A DNA stretch of 64,000 bases, from NCBI GenBank assembly GCA_025594325.1, contig JANHCV010000009.1:434001-498000 (forward strand), written 5' to 3'. The position numbers were made by a program, and so were the translations under genes. Positions 11,638 through 21,951 of this stretch are shown here, piece after piece (within the stretch, counting starts at the first letter, position 1; each line of letters opens with the position of its first letter). The notes beneath the pieces were generated by a model. The model was given only the letters and a program-made list of their open reading frames with translations, did no database searches and was not told where the DNA came from. The stretch comes from Blastocladiella emersonii ATCC 22665. Its lineage: Eukaryota > Fungi > Blastocladiomycota.

Positions 11638-13254
11638 TTATTGCAGGGACCCATTGATCCGATTCGCCGTCAGACCACGCGCCCACGCCTCCCAGTCATC
11701 CACGACGGGCCCCTCGTCGCTGTCAGCGCGGCGGTACTCGGCGATGGTCGCGTTGAGCGACTCGAGCGCGTCCTTGAACTCTGCCGGGTCCATGTGCTGC
11801 GTGTAGTGGTGGACGTTGGCCTTGCGTTTGTACAGCTTCATGAACCTTACCTTGAGCCCGGCGAACGAGTGCGCGATACACGTGTTGTTGGCGAGGGTGA
11901 GGAGCGAGTACGGTTGGCCGATGGGCGGGACGCGGCACAGGCCCGTCTTCCACCCCTCCTGGTTCCACCAGGCGAACTTGAGCTGGCGCTGGACCCGGTC
12001 AATGTTGCGGCGGACGTCCGTCACCTGCACGTCGGCGCCACGCACCATGAGCGCGCACGCGAGGTACCGCGACGTCTTGGGGTCGCACGCGATCAGCTGC
12101 GAGTCGCGCGAGAAGGCCGCCGTGAACATGTGGTCGAGGCTGCGCGGCTGGTTCGCGGCTGCGGCCGTCGCCGAGGCGCGGGGGAGCGTGACGGGGGTCA
12201 GGCTCGACAGGAGGTACTTGAGCTGCGGGAACGGGACGAGGTTCATGGTGATCTCGTTGATGTCGACGTTGAGGGCGCCCTCGAACCGCATCGACGACGT
12301 CAGGTTGAGCAGCAACTGCGCGACGAGGTCGTTCATGGCGTCGAACGGTTTGCCCGTGTCCTTCGCTTTTTCGGGAGACCCGCGCGCACCGTGCAGGGCG
12401 CAGATATCGAGCAGCGCCTGGTTCTCGACGGGCAGGACGGCGTCGGCGTGCTCGGCGAGGTGGCGGAGCGCGAGGACCGCGTTATACGGGCTCGTGACCA
12501 CATCATCGTTCCGCGGCGATGGCGCGACGACCGTGGCGAACTGGTACACGTCGGGCAGGAGCTCGTCGGCGAGCATGCCGGAGATGTAGGTGCCGAGGCC
12601 GCTGCCGGTGCCGCCGCCGAGCGAGTGGACGAGGAACACGGACTGCAGGGCGTCGCACGCCTCGGCCTCGCGGCGGATCGCCTCCCCCAAGACTTCCCGG
12701 AAGGCGGGCCCGTAGTGGTGGTGGCCGACGGCCCAGTTGTTGCCCGAGCCCGACTGCGACGTGATGCGCTGGTGCGGCTGCGCGAACAGCTCGTTGAGCA
12801 GCGGCGCGTCGTGCTGGAACGCGTTGATCACGCCTTCTTCCATGTCGACCATGATGCCCTGGGGTTCGGGGTTAGCGATGGGTGGTGCGGGTGCAGGTTG
12901 GCAGGGAACGTACGCGCGCCTCGAGGCCCTGGATCGGGTCGGTCCCGTCGCCGACGGGCAGCATGCGCCTGCGCTTCCCCCTAGACTCTCTCGTGGGTTA
13001 GGACGAGCGCAATCACGGCTAGCGCGGCCACACGCACCGGATCTCAACGTTGCGAAAGAAAGTCGACATGGATTCATCGTAGACGCCCTTGGCGTTGTAG
13101 TGCGAGTGCTCCTGCAGCGCCTTTTCCCAGAACCGGCCGCCGATCTGGTTGCCGCACTGCCCGACTAGGCTGGCCCGCGGCGTTAGCGCGGCTGGTGGCG
13201 GCGGGCGGGTGCGGTTGGGCGGTAGACACCTTGGATCACAATGGACTGCGGCAT
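11638..13254 (-). CDS. TUBE1: Epsilon-tubulin, 3 introns
   Basis: Spliced start MPQSIVIQ|VGQCGNQIGGRFWEKALQEH..FFRNVE..LEAR|GIMVDMEEGV, then SGSGNNWAVGH, HSLGGGTGSGLG and EGALNVDINEITMNLVPFP. These match the epsilon-tubulin class rather than alpha, beta or gamma. Confidence 0.92.
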
Positions 13255-13438
13255 GTTACATGGGATTTACAGAGATGCATGGAGTGTTGACAAGAGAGAG
13301 AAGAGCGTGAGAAGGCGGCCGAGAGAGACGGCCACGGAGTCACACGCGCCGTGCGCCACGAGCAACTCTTCTCACCGCGCCCGCCTCGCCAACCGTCCTC
13401 CCTCCCTCCCTCCATGACACCGCACACGCCTGCCCGCC

Positions 13439-15631
13439 ATGCTGGGCGACTCTCCACACCACCATGAATCATCGCATGCGCACGCCACTTCCGCGTCGCG
13501 CCCGCCGCGCCGATCCGTCGACCAGCGCCTGCGCGACGCCATGAAGCCCGTCACCCAAAGGACGCCGCCGATGCCGCCGCGGAGGCAGACCGAGCCGCTC
13601 CCGACCATCCCGCGCTCGCCCGCGCTCCAGACCACGCGCTCCGCGGCGTCGCAGCGGCCCAACGAGCTGCCACGGGGCCCGCCGGGCCGCATGCCGACGT
13701 GGATTGCGGACACGCCCAACGACCCGGTCGTGTCCCGCGCGGCGTCGTTTGCGACCGACGAGTCTGACCCGGAAGACGAGACCGCGGTCAGCGACACGGA
13801 GACGGTGAGGGGTCCACAAGTCGCGTACTCTGCCTCCTCGTCAAGCTCGCGCACCCGACATGCGCGCGCGGCGCCGCGCGGGTACCAGCTGACGTGCAGC
13901 CTGCCGACGGAGCGCATGTGCGACTTCCTTTGCCGCGTGCCGCGCCCGACGACGAGCGCGCGTGCAGCGCAGGGCCTGCTGGACCTCGCGGGCGAGATTG
14001 ACGCCGCGGTGCGCAGCCAGCTGCACGCGCTCGGCGGGCTGCCCGCGTTCGCGTCGCCCGTGTACGACTGGGACATGGAGTTCTGGGGGAGTTATGGGCG
14101 CAAGATGCCCCCGGGGATGCTCGACGTGCTCGCGTGGCTCGGCCGGGTGCCTGCGGCCGACGCGGTGGCCGCGCTCGCGGTCTCGCTCGTCGATTACCAG
14201 AAGCAGGCGGCGGCGTGCTCGCTCGTCCTGACCAAGTCGTTTGGCCACCAGGCGCTCCTCGTCGCGCTCGTGGCACGGGACCCCGAGTCGTTTCTCCTCG
14301 CGCCGCACGCCTCCGCAACATCGTTCCTCGCGTGGTTCCACGCCGCGTTCCCGTCGCTGTGGTCGACGCCCGCCGAGGGTCTATCGCTCGCGTGGCTCCT
14401 CCAGCGGCTCGTGTTCCACGCGCCCTCATGGCCGGCCGTTCTCGACGACCACGACCGCCTCGCCGCCATGTTCACACAGCTCCAGTCCCTGACCACGACG
14501 TACCTCGGCCGCTCGCTCCTCTCCCCGACCGCGCACCCGCGCGTGCACTCGGCCGCCGTCCACCTCCTCCGCCAGCTCGTGCAGGTCCTCGTGCACGTCG
14601 ACCTGCCGCTGCTTGCACCATGCACCCTCGACCTCCTCGTCGCGCTTCGCGACCCCACCGCCCTCGCCACCGCGCGCGCCGACCACCTGCGCCCGCGCCT
14701 CGACCCGCTCCTCGCCTCGCTCGCCCGCCACGTCCACGCGCACGCCGACGCGTACGCGAGGGGACGGCTCGCGCCTGCGCTGTGGGCCGCCGCGCAGACC
14801 GAGGCCGAGCGCCGCGCACGCCAGCGGCGGAGGGTTTCAGACACGCCCGTGGGTGAGCCGATTGTGGTCCCGCTCCTCGCGCGGCTCCTCGCCGAGTGCG
14901 ACGGCGGGACGTGGTGGTCGACGGTTTCTGGGCAAACGGCGCGCGCGCCCGCGGGACTCGCGGCCGTGTTCGGCGTGCTCGCACGCGACCGGGTGCCCGC
15001 GGACCCGCGCGTCCGGCTGGCGCGCGGAAAGTGTCTCGAGCAAGTCGCGCGCGCGTGCGAGACAATGGCGGCGGCGGGCGCGGCGGCAGGGAACCGCGAC
15101 GTGTTCGAGGCCGCGGTCCGGCTCGCGGGCGTGTACCTCGACCACCACCCGCCCGCGCGGCGCGCTACTACTACCCGGGCCGCGCCGACCCCACCGCCAG
15201 CAAGAAGGACTCCGGTCCTCGGCCCACTCCTCCTCGCTCTCCTCCTCCTCGTCCCGCTCCTCCTCGCCATCGACTGCACACTCCCATCAACCGGCCCGCT
15301 GCGGCATACCCTGTGCGTCCTGCGCAAACCGCTGCCGCGGCTCCCGCCGCGCGTCGCGGTGCGCGAGTGGATCCTCGACTCGGGGCGCGCCGTCGAGCAC
15401 GCCGCGCGGATCGCGGTCGTCGCGGAAGACGACGCGGACGACGACGGCGAGGACGAGGTGCTGGATGTCGTAACGCACCCGCGCCTCGCCGCCCCACGCG
15501 CGGCCGTCGCCGTGGTGCGCCGCGGATGGGCCGCCGCGGACGCGGGCGCGGCGTGGGTCATGGACTTGGTCGAGGAGGCGGCGGCTGGGGTCGACGGGGC
15601 GGTGCGGTGGGTTGACGGGGATGATGATTGA
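13439..15631 (+). CDS. Hypothetical ~730 aa protein: low-complexity N-terminus, helical core, single TM segment near the C-terminus
   Basis: Long ORF with strong GC3 bias. Hydrophobic stretch PVLGPLLLALLLLVPLLLAIDC. An intron near 13.8 kb is possible. No recognised family. Confidence 0.75.
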   Translation: MLGDSPHHHESSHAHATSASRPPRRSVDQRLRDAMKPVTQRTPPMPPRRQTEPLPTIPRSPALQTTRSAASQRPNELPRGPPGRMPTWIADTPNDPVVSRAASFATDESDPEDETAVSDTETVRGPQVAYSASSSSSRTRHARAAPRGYQLTCSLPTERMCDFLCRVPRPTTSARAAQGLLDLAGEIDAAVRSQLHALGGLPAFASPVYDWDMEFWGSYGRKMPPGMLDVLAWLGRVPAADAVAALAVSLVDYQKQAAACSLVLTKSFGHQALLVALVARDPESFLLAPHASATSFLAWFHAAFPSLWSTPAEGLSLAWLLQRLVFHAPSWPAVLDDHDRLAAMFTQLQSLTTTYLGRSLLSPTAHPRVHSAAVHLLRQLVQVLVHVDLPLLAPCTLDLLVALRDPTALATARADHLRPRLDPLLASLARHVHAHADAYARGRLAPALWAAAQTEAERRARQRRRVSDTPVGEPIVVPLLARLLAECDGGTWWSTVSGQTARAPAGLAAVFGVLARDRVPADPRVRLARGKCLEQVARACETMAAAGAAAGNRDVFEAAVRLAGVYLDHHPPARRATTTRAAPTPPPARRTPVLGPLLLALLLLVPLLLAIDCTLPSTGPLRHTLCVLRKPLPRLPPRVAVREWILDSGRAVEHAARIAVVAEDDADDDGEDEVLDVVTHPRLAAPRAAVAVVRRGWAAADAGAAWVMDLVEEAAAGVDGAVRWVDGDDD

Positions 15632-15683
15632 TACCATTGTGATATGCAAGAACACTGCCTGTTGTACATCTATTGATTACGTT

Positions 15684-17942
15684 CTATGACCGCGGATCGT
15701 ACTGCATCGTCTCGAGCTTGGTCCGCCACGTCGTCGCCTCGGTCCGCCACAGCTGCGAGAAGGTCGGGCCGGTTGCTGCGGCGCTTTCGTCCTGCGACGT
15801 CGGAGACACGGCCGAAAGGCCGCCCGCGACGCCCGACCCCGCCGACGACGAGCCGACGCGGCCGAGGACGATCCCGCGCGCAATGGTGCACGTACACCCA
15901 CCGTGCGATGAACACGCCGAGCACCCCGCCGCGGTTGGCCGCCGCGCCCGCTGCTGCACGGTGGCCATGGACGATGGGAACACGGGTGGCGGCGCGGACA
16001 TGGCGCTTGACGCGGGCCACGACTCTCCTCCACCCTTCCCCGCCATCCCGCGGAGCCGCAGCCGACCAAGCTCGGCGGCCCACCGGCGGCAGCACCACCA
16101 CGGCCGCTTGAGGGGGTCGTCAACCGGCTCTTCTGGGTGGAACGCGCGGCGGCAGCTGACCTTGAACACGCGCACGAACGCGGCCTCGACCATGAGCCCC
16201 GCCGCGCCGACGAGCGACCCGAGCATCGACCGGAACCGCGGGTGGACGGCCGACCGCGGGAGCAGGAACGTCACGCCGAGCAGGAGGACGAGCAGGACCA
16301 CGGTCCATGTCATCCACTTGAACGTCAGCTCCAGCGGTTTCTGGATCGCGTACGCCGCCGGCGCGGGTTGCGCGGAATCGAGTTTTGAGGATGCGCGGCG
16401 CGTGGTGGTGAGGGTCGGCGTGGTGTGGATGTGGGCGACGGGACGCCACGTCATCTCGGACGCGGTGTCGTCGACAACGGCGCCGGCCTCGAGATCGCGG
16501 TCGCGGTCGTGCTGGTCGCAGCACGGAGCGTGCGGGCTCGGCGGCGGGACCACGACCACGCCGACTCCCCACGACACGCGGTTGTTCCCACCTGCTGTCG
16601 GGCTCGGCGTCTGCAGCATCAGCGGGCGACCCTCGCGCTGGGGTGTCGCGGGGGTCGCGGGCGTGGCGGGCGTAGCCGGCGTCGACGGCAAGTCACTCGT
16701 CGCGAGCGGCGGGAGCGGGACGGACGTCAGCGACCGCATCTGCAGCCCGCGGCGCGCCGCGAGCCGGCCGCCGCCGAGCGTCGGGCCCCCGGACCGCAGG
16801 TGTAGCGAGTGCGAGGATTTGAGGAGGTCGGTGCCGCCGCCGGCGATGGGTGGGGTGGTCGCGGCGAAGGTGACGGACGTCGGCCGCGGTGGCGAGGCCT
16901 CGGTGGAGGCCGAGTCCCAGCTCGCGGGCCGCAGCGCCGAGGGTTTCTCGCTAAGGACGAGGTCAGCAGCGGCGGGCGGTGTCGACGTGAAGGCGAGCTC
17001 GCGCCCGTTCTGCGTTGCGGTCACACCCGCGCCGAGCGTGGTCGCGGTGGTCATGGTCGTGGCCGGCGCGGCGACCGTCGTCGACAACGCATCTCCCACT
17101 GGCGGGTGCGGCCCGGCCCCGTCACCGCCGCTCGCGCCGAGCGACGACGCGTGTTTCGGGAACGCGGCGCCGAGCGACCACATGGACGCGGCGACGACGA
17201 TGAGCGGGTACGGGATAAGCGCAAGGACGCCGTACCCGGGCACCCGGAAGTCGTCCCAGACGTGCGCGCGCTGCAGGCGCGACGCGTCGGGCGGGAGCGT
17301 CGTCTCCTCCAAATCGCGCAGCCGCAGGATCTCCTGGACCATGGCGGCCGCCGAGACGAACGTGATGAGCGTCGACCCAAGATACGCAGAGCTCAGGATG
17401 AGCCGGCGGGTCCGCGGGCGCGGCGTGAGCAGCAGGCCGACGGTCCGGTGCAGGACCGCGAGCATCAGCGGGCCCGAGACGGGGATGAACGTGCACGTCC
17501 GCACCACGTAGTACGAGAACATGTCCGGGACCGTCGCGTCGTGCCACGCGTCGTGGTGCGCCTCGTTTTCGTGCATCGCGTGCGCGTGCTCCGTGTGCGA
17601 AGACAGCAGCGGGCGCACCATGGCCGACGCCATGATCAGGTTGTTCCCCGCGTCGATCAGCAGCATCCCCGCCGCGAACGCGAGCAGGAAGAAGCGCGCC
17701 CGCATCGACCCGTACGGCGACGCGTGGTACGACGCGAAGGTCCAGGGTAGCGCGCCGAGGACGATCACGATGGTCACGGCGACCACGACGGGGGCCAGGA
17801 TGCGCGTCGAGGAGAAGAGGTCGTCAGCGAACACGTCGCCGTAGTCGTTGCGCATGGGCGTGTGTGAGGCCGAGCCCAGCGAGGAGGTGCCGGGTGGGGA
17901 GAGCGGCGGCATGTGGGTTTCGGACAGGATGTCGGTGGCCAT
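15684..17942 (-). CDS. Seven-transmembrane, GPCR-like protein with a very long loop between TM5 and TM6
   Basis: Probable start MATDILSETH at 17942. Seven hydrophobic segments: ILAPVVVAVTIVIVLGALPW, FFLLAFAAGMLLIDAG, YYVVRTCTFIPVSGPLMLAV, LILSSAYLGSTLITFVSAAAMV, GYGVLALIPYPLIVVAASMW, FKWMTWTVVLLVLLLGVTFLL and MLGSLVGAAGLMVEAAFV. Confidence 0.72.
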   Translation of the reverse strand: MATDILSETHMPPLSPPGTSSLGSASHTPMRNDYGDVFADDLFSSTRILAPVVVAVTIVIVLGALPWTFASYHASPYGSMRARFFLLAFAAGMLLIDAGNNLIMASAMVRPLLSSHTEHAHAMHENEAHHDAWHDATVPDMFSYYVVRTCTFIPVSGPLMLAVLHRTVGLLLTPRPRTRRLILSSAYLGSTLITFVSAAAMVQEILRLRDLEETTLPPDASRLQRAHVWDDFRVPGYGVLALIPYPLIVVAASMWSLGAAFPKHASSLGASGGDGAGPHPPVGDALSTTVAAPATTMTTATTLGAGVTATQNGRELAFTSTPPAAADLVLSEKPSALRPASWDSASTEASPPRPTSVTFAATTPPIAGGGTDLLKSSHSLHLRSGGPTLGGGRLAARRGLQMRSLTSVPLPPLATSDLPSTPATPATPATPATPQREGRPLMLQTPSPTAGGNNRVSWGVGVVVVPPPSPHAPCCDQHDRDRDLEAGAVVDDTASEMTWRPVAHIHTTPTLTTTRRASSKLDSAQPAPAAYAIQKPLELTFKWMTWTVVLLVLLLGVTFLLPRSAVHPRFRSMLGSLVGAAGLMVEAAFVRVFKVSCRRAFHPEEPVDDPLKRPWWCCRRWAAELGRLRLRGMAGKGGGESWPASSAMSAPPPVFPSSMATVQQRARRPTAAGCSACSSHGGCTCTIARGIVLGRVGSSSAGSGVAGGLSAVSPTSQDESAAATGPTFSQLWRTEATTWRTKLETMQYDPRS

Positions 17943-18469
17943 GGTCGGTTGAGGTTGGAGAGTGCGGCGCGGGCGGCGCACCTTCTTGATGGCGGCGGCG
18001 CGACTCAAGCGAAGCGCAGCGGGCAATGAACTCGGCGGCCGATCCACCAATCCAGTTGACGACGACGGCGGCGGCAGTGGCAGCTGCTGCGCAAGATGAG
18101 GTTGGGGGTCACCGAGTCTTTGGCGGCGACGAGTGCATGAGCGGGCAGCGCCAAGTGGCGGCGGCTGCGAGATAATATGAAGGAGCGCGGGGAGAGAGGG
18201 AGGCCCCGGGCGACGAACAACAGCAACGGTTCGTGTTGTGGCTAATGCCTCAGCGGAGTGTGGCGGCCTCGTGTGGCGGAGCCTTCTCCAAGCTGAAGCA
18301 GGCGCTTCGCCGCAGGTCGGGCCGGTCGACCCGACTCGATCCCGCCGTCGCGGCCGCTGAGTGGCCAGCGTTGTTTGGTGGGCCCTGACATCATTCGCGA
18401 GGAGGGACGTGCTGCGCCACACACAAAGAAAGAAGAACTACATGTGTACATTACAGCCGACAGACCTGC

Positions 18470-19218
18470 CTACTCCTCGGCCGTCGTTGGCGCCTCCTCG
18501 CCCTCGCCCGCGGCCCCGGCGGCCCCGGCGGCCGCCATGCGCGAGACGACGAGCTCGGTGACGGCGTCGCGCAGCTCCTTGTCGCCGGCCTGGCCGTCCT
18601 CGAGGTAGGTGCGGGCGAGCGCGCGCTCGATGCGGGCCATGGCGGCCGAAGTCTCGGGCGAGGCCTCCTCGTCGGCCTCGTCGTCGGCGAGCGTGTGCTC
18701 GAGTCCGTCTACGGACACGTCGCCGGCGTCCTCGGGCAGCGTGTAGGCAATGCCACGCTCCGTGTACAGCGCCTTGAAGTACTCGACCACCTCCTCGCGG
18801 TCGTCCTCGAAGGCCACGTCGAGCGGCTACGTCGCATGTACGAGTGAGTTACACGGGTAACGACGACCAGGGAACCAAGAGCACGCACCGTCATGCCCTC
18901 GAGGTTGCGCACATCGGGCGACGCGCCGGCGTCGACGAGCCGCTTGGCCATGGCGGCCGACTCGACGGCGTGCAGCGGCGTGTCGCCGTCCTCGTCCGTG
19001 AGCGACACGATCGTGGGGTCGAGCGACAGCAGGTAGTCGACAATGTCCTCGTGCTCGTAGCTCGCGGCCGCATGGAGCGGCGAGTAGCCGTTCTCGTCCT
19101 GGGACGACACGGTCGCGGCACCCGAAGCGATTAGACTCTTCACCGTGGCGAGGTCGCCGTCGGCGCAAGCGAGCCAGATGTTGTTCTCTCCAGTAGGGTT
19201 CGGGAGGTCGCGGCCCAT
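18470..19218 (-). CDS. Small ankyrin-repeat protein (resembles yeast YCR051W family), 1 intron
   Basis: MGRDLP..NIWLACADGDL..QDENGYSPLHAAASYEH..DEDGDTPLHAVE..VRNLEGMT|PLDVAFED. Intron at about 18829-18888. Acidic tail. Confidence 0.88.
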
Positions 19219-19783
19219 CGTGTTTTTTGATACGTTGCGGAGGGGTGAGGTCGGGAGAGAGAGCGAAAGCAGGCGCCACTCGACAGCGAAGAGAAAGGGG
19301 GCGCGGATCGGCGCCGCATCACCTGCGCCCACGCGACCCTGCGGCGCGCGGATCCGCCTCCTCCGCGCCGCTGATGCCGGCGATACCGCGGCCATCGTGC
19401 AGCGTGGCGGAGCGCGACTTGGCGCAACGCGCTGTTCGACGCGTGAGTCGCGGGGGGAGAATGCGTGATTGCTGCCGACCTCTGAAGTGAAGAGCGCGGT
19501 GCTGGGTGGCCGCAACACCAGCGTCCCGCTTCGCGACGTCGCGTCCAGTGCGGCGGCGTTCGCGGTGACGCAGAGTGACGCGGCGGCGGACGCCGCGGGC
19601 GACGGCGACAACGACGCGCGGCGGGATGCGGATCAACTTTAAACGTTGTTTTAGAGTGGCTGGCTGGTCGGCCGGGGAACCCTCCACCACACAAAATTCG
19701 ACGACTTGCCTCGATCGCCCGCTCTCCCTCCCCGCCCTCATCACCCGCTTGATCAGCGCGCGACACGCACACTCCACCACACC

Positions 19784-21922
19784 ATGGGATTTAAATTCTG
19801 GCGCAGCAAAAAGGACAAGGACGCGGCCAAGAAGTCGACGGCCGTCCTCGTCCAGCCCGCCGGCACCGCCATCACCGCCGCCGTCGCCGCCGCCTCGTCC
19901 TACGTCGTCGCCAACGACGACCCGCGCCACTACCGCCCGCACGCGACTATGGGGAGTCTGGGATCGGGTCGCCAGCACCGCGCCGCCCAGCAGCAGTCTC
20001 CCTCAAACGGCGCGCCCGCCCTCGGCGCCCTGTTCGGCCCCAACGGCCGCGGCTTCAACTACTCGACCTCGCACGTCGACGACGTCCTGCGCCAGTACAC
20101 GGCGCCCTACGTCGGCAACGGGTCCGTCGTCCGCCCGACCCCGCCCAGTAGCCGGCTCGGGTACAGCGAGGACGAGGCGTCCGACGACGACGAGGTCGAC
20201 TTTCACGACGCGCAGCCGTACCACCACCAGCGCGGTCCCAGCAACGACTCGTCGTCGCCCATGAGCCCGCCGCGCGGCGCCGGCGCCGTCGCCGCCGCCG
20301 CTGCCCCCAGCTCGCCGTCCGCCGCGTCGCCCATGTACCACCACCTGCACCACTCGCAGTCGCTCCCGTCGCTGCGCGGCGTCGTCACGTCGCCCGTCGT
20401 GATCCCGACCCCCGGCAACACGGCGACGCAGATGTACCAGTCGCCCGCGCCGACCCCTCAGTCCTCCGCCATGTCCCCGCCACCCGGCGCCGCGTCCTCC
20501 CCCGCGGGCTCGGGCTCGCCCGTGATCACCGCGACCCTGATGCGCATGGCGAACGCGGCCGCCGCCGAGGCCATCGCGAGCGCGACGACCGCGACGGCCT
20601 CGGGGTACGGCGCCGCGGCGCCGCCCGGCTCGCCCGCGCTGACGTACACGTCGCGCCACCTCGCGCGCGGGTCGCCCAGCATGGTCGCGCTCCCCTCGCC
20701 CAGCATGTCGCCCGCGCTCGGGCCTGTTGTGGGAGCGTCGCCGCACATGCGCCCGTCGTTTGACGGCATGGGGATGCACATGCCGATGGCGATGAACTCG
20801 TCCCCCGCTCTCGTCGCTGTCGCCAGCTCGCCGATCCAGATGCCGACGCCGCGTATCGCTGCGCCCATGACGGTTGCCCGCGCGTCGCCGCTCGTCTCGG
20901 CCGCCGACGCGCAGCCGGCGCAGGCGGGCGGGGTGCAGTACATCCAGATCCGCGAGGTCGTCCCGGACCAGCCGCGCGCGCTTCCACCGGCTGCTGGGTC
21001 GCCGTACCAGCACCCGACGCAGCAGCAGCAGTACGCGCCACCACAGCAACAGCAGTACGTGCCCCAACAGCAGGTCCGCCCGCGCCCGTCCATCGCGTCG
21101 ATGCGCTCGCAGTCGTTCCCGCACGCCTCGCCCTCCGCCGCGCCGGTCCCCGCGAGCCCCGCGCGGTCCGCGACGCACCCGCCGCCCGCCTCTCCCGCAA
21201 CCTCGGGCCCCGTGACCGTCGCCCCGCCCGTCTCGGCGCGCCTGCGGACGTACCTTCCCATGGACCTGGGCCTCCCCATCACCGCGCCGCTCTCCTCGCC
21301 CACCGCGGCCTCCCTCTCCCCCTCGAAAGCCGCACGCGGCGTGCGCGGGTACTCGATCGCAGACCTGGTCGCCGAGTGGGACCGGCTGCACGCGGTGCTG
21401 CGGACGTGGGCGCCGCGCGGGTGTGCGCCGGACGTGCACGCGGCGGCGACGGCGACCGCGATGGCGATGCTCGCGGGCGCGCTCACGCACCCCGTCAAGG
21501 CGCGCGCGCACGCCGCGATGCTCCAGCGCGCGTACCCCGCGTGGTTCGCGCCGCCGCTCTCGACGCATCTCGTGAGTGTGGGTCTGGACGCGGTGCTGGA
21601 TGAACACCCCGCGGCGCTGTGGGCGTACCTGCGGCCGGTGCTCGGCGCGGCCGTCGACCGGCTCGCGGAAGACGGGATCGCGGCGCCCGAGGGACCCGAC
21701 GCCGTCCACGCGTGGTGCACCGAGTACGTCGCGTGGTGTGTCCGCCTCAAGCGCGAGTTCCCGCACGTCGGCCTGTTCGCCGCCGGCGCGCCCGAGTCGG
21801 ACCCCGCGTTCTATGTCGGCGTGCAGGCCGCGGGACTGGGCGTCGGCGAGACACTCGTCCCCGGACTCTGGGACGCCGTGTCCGGGATCGTCGGGTTCAA
21901 GGCGCGCGTGTTTGTCTCTTAA
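19784..21922 (+). CDS. Pro/Ser/Ala-rich protein with a basic N-terminus and a compact ~190 aa C-terminal domain
   Basis: ATG at 19784 (MGFKFWRSKKDKDAAKK). Uninterrupted ORF with GC3 bias ending ..TLVPGLWDAVSGIVGFKARVFVS*. Confidence 0.82.
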   Translation: MGFKFWRSKKDKDAAKKSTAVLVQPAGTAITAAVAAASSYVVANDDPRHYRPHATMGSLGSGRQHRAAQQQSPSNGAPALGALFGPNGRGFNYSTSHVDDVLRQYTAPYVGNGSVVRPTPPSSRLGYSEDEASDDDEVDFHDAQPYHHQRGPSNDSSSPMSPPRGAGAVAAAAAPSSPSAASPMYHHLHHSQSLPSLRGVVTSPVVIPTPGNTATQMYQSPAPTPQSSAMSPPPGAASSPAGSGSPVITATLMRMANAAAAEAIASATTATASGYGAAAPPGSPALTYTSRHLARGSPSMVALPSPSMSPALGPVVGASPHMRPSFDGMGMHMPMAMNSSPALVAVASSPIQMPTPRIAAPMTVARASPLVSAADAQPAQAGGVQYIQIREVVPDQPRALPPAAGSPYQHPTQQQQYAPPQQQQYVPQQQVRPRPSIASMRSQSFPHASPSAAPVPASPARSATHPPPASPATSGPVTVAPPVSARLRTYLPMDLGLPITAPLSSPTAASLSPSKAARGVRGYSIADLVAEWDRLHAVLRTWAPRGCAPDVHAAATATAMAMLAGALTHPVKARAHAAMLQRAYPAWFAPPLSTHLVSVGLDAVLDEHPAALWAYLRPVLGAAVDRLAEDGIAAPEGPDAVHAWCTEYVAWCVRLKREFPHVGLFAAGAPESDPAFYVGVQAAGLGVGETLVPGLWDAVSGIVGFKARVFVS

Positions 21923-21951
21923 ATCGTACATGTATGCACACTTTCTTTGAC

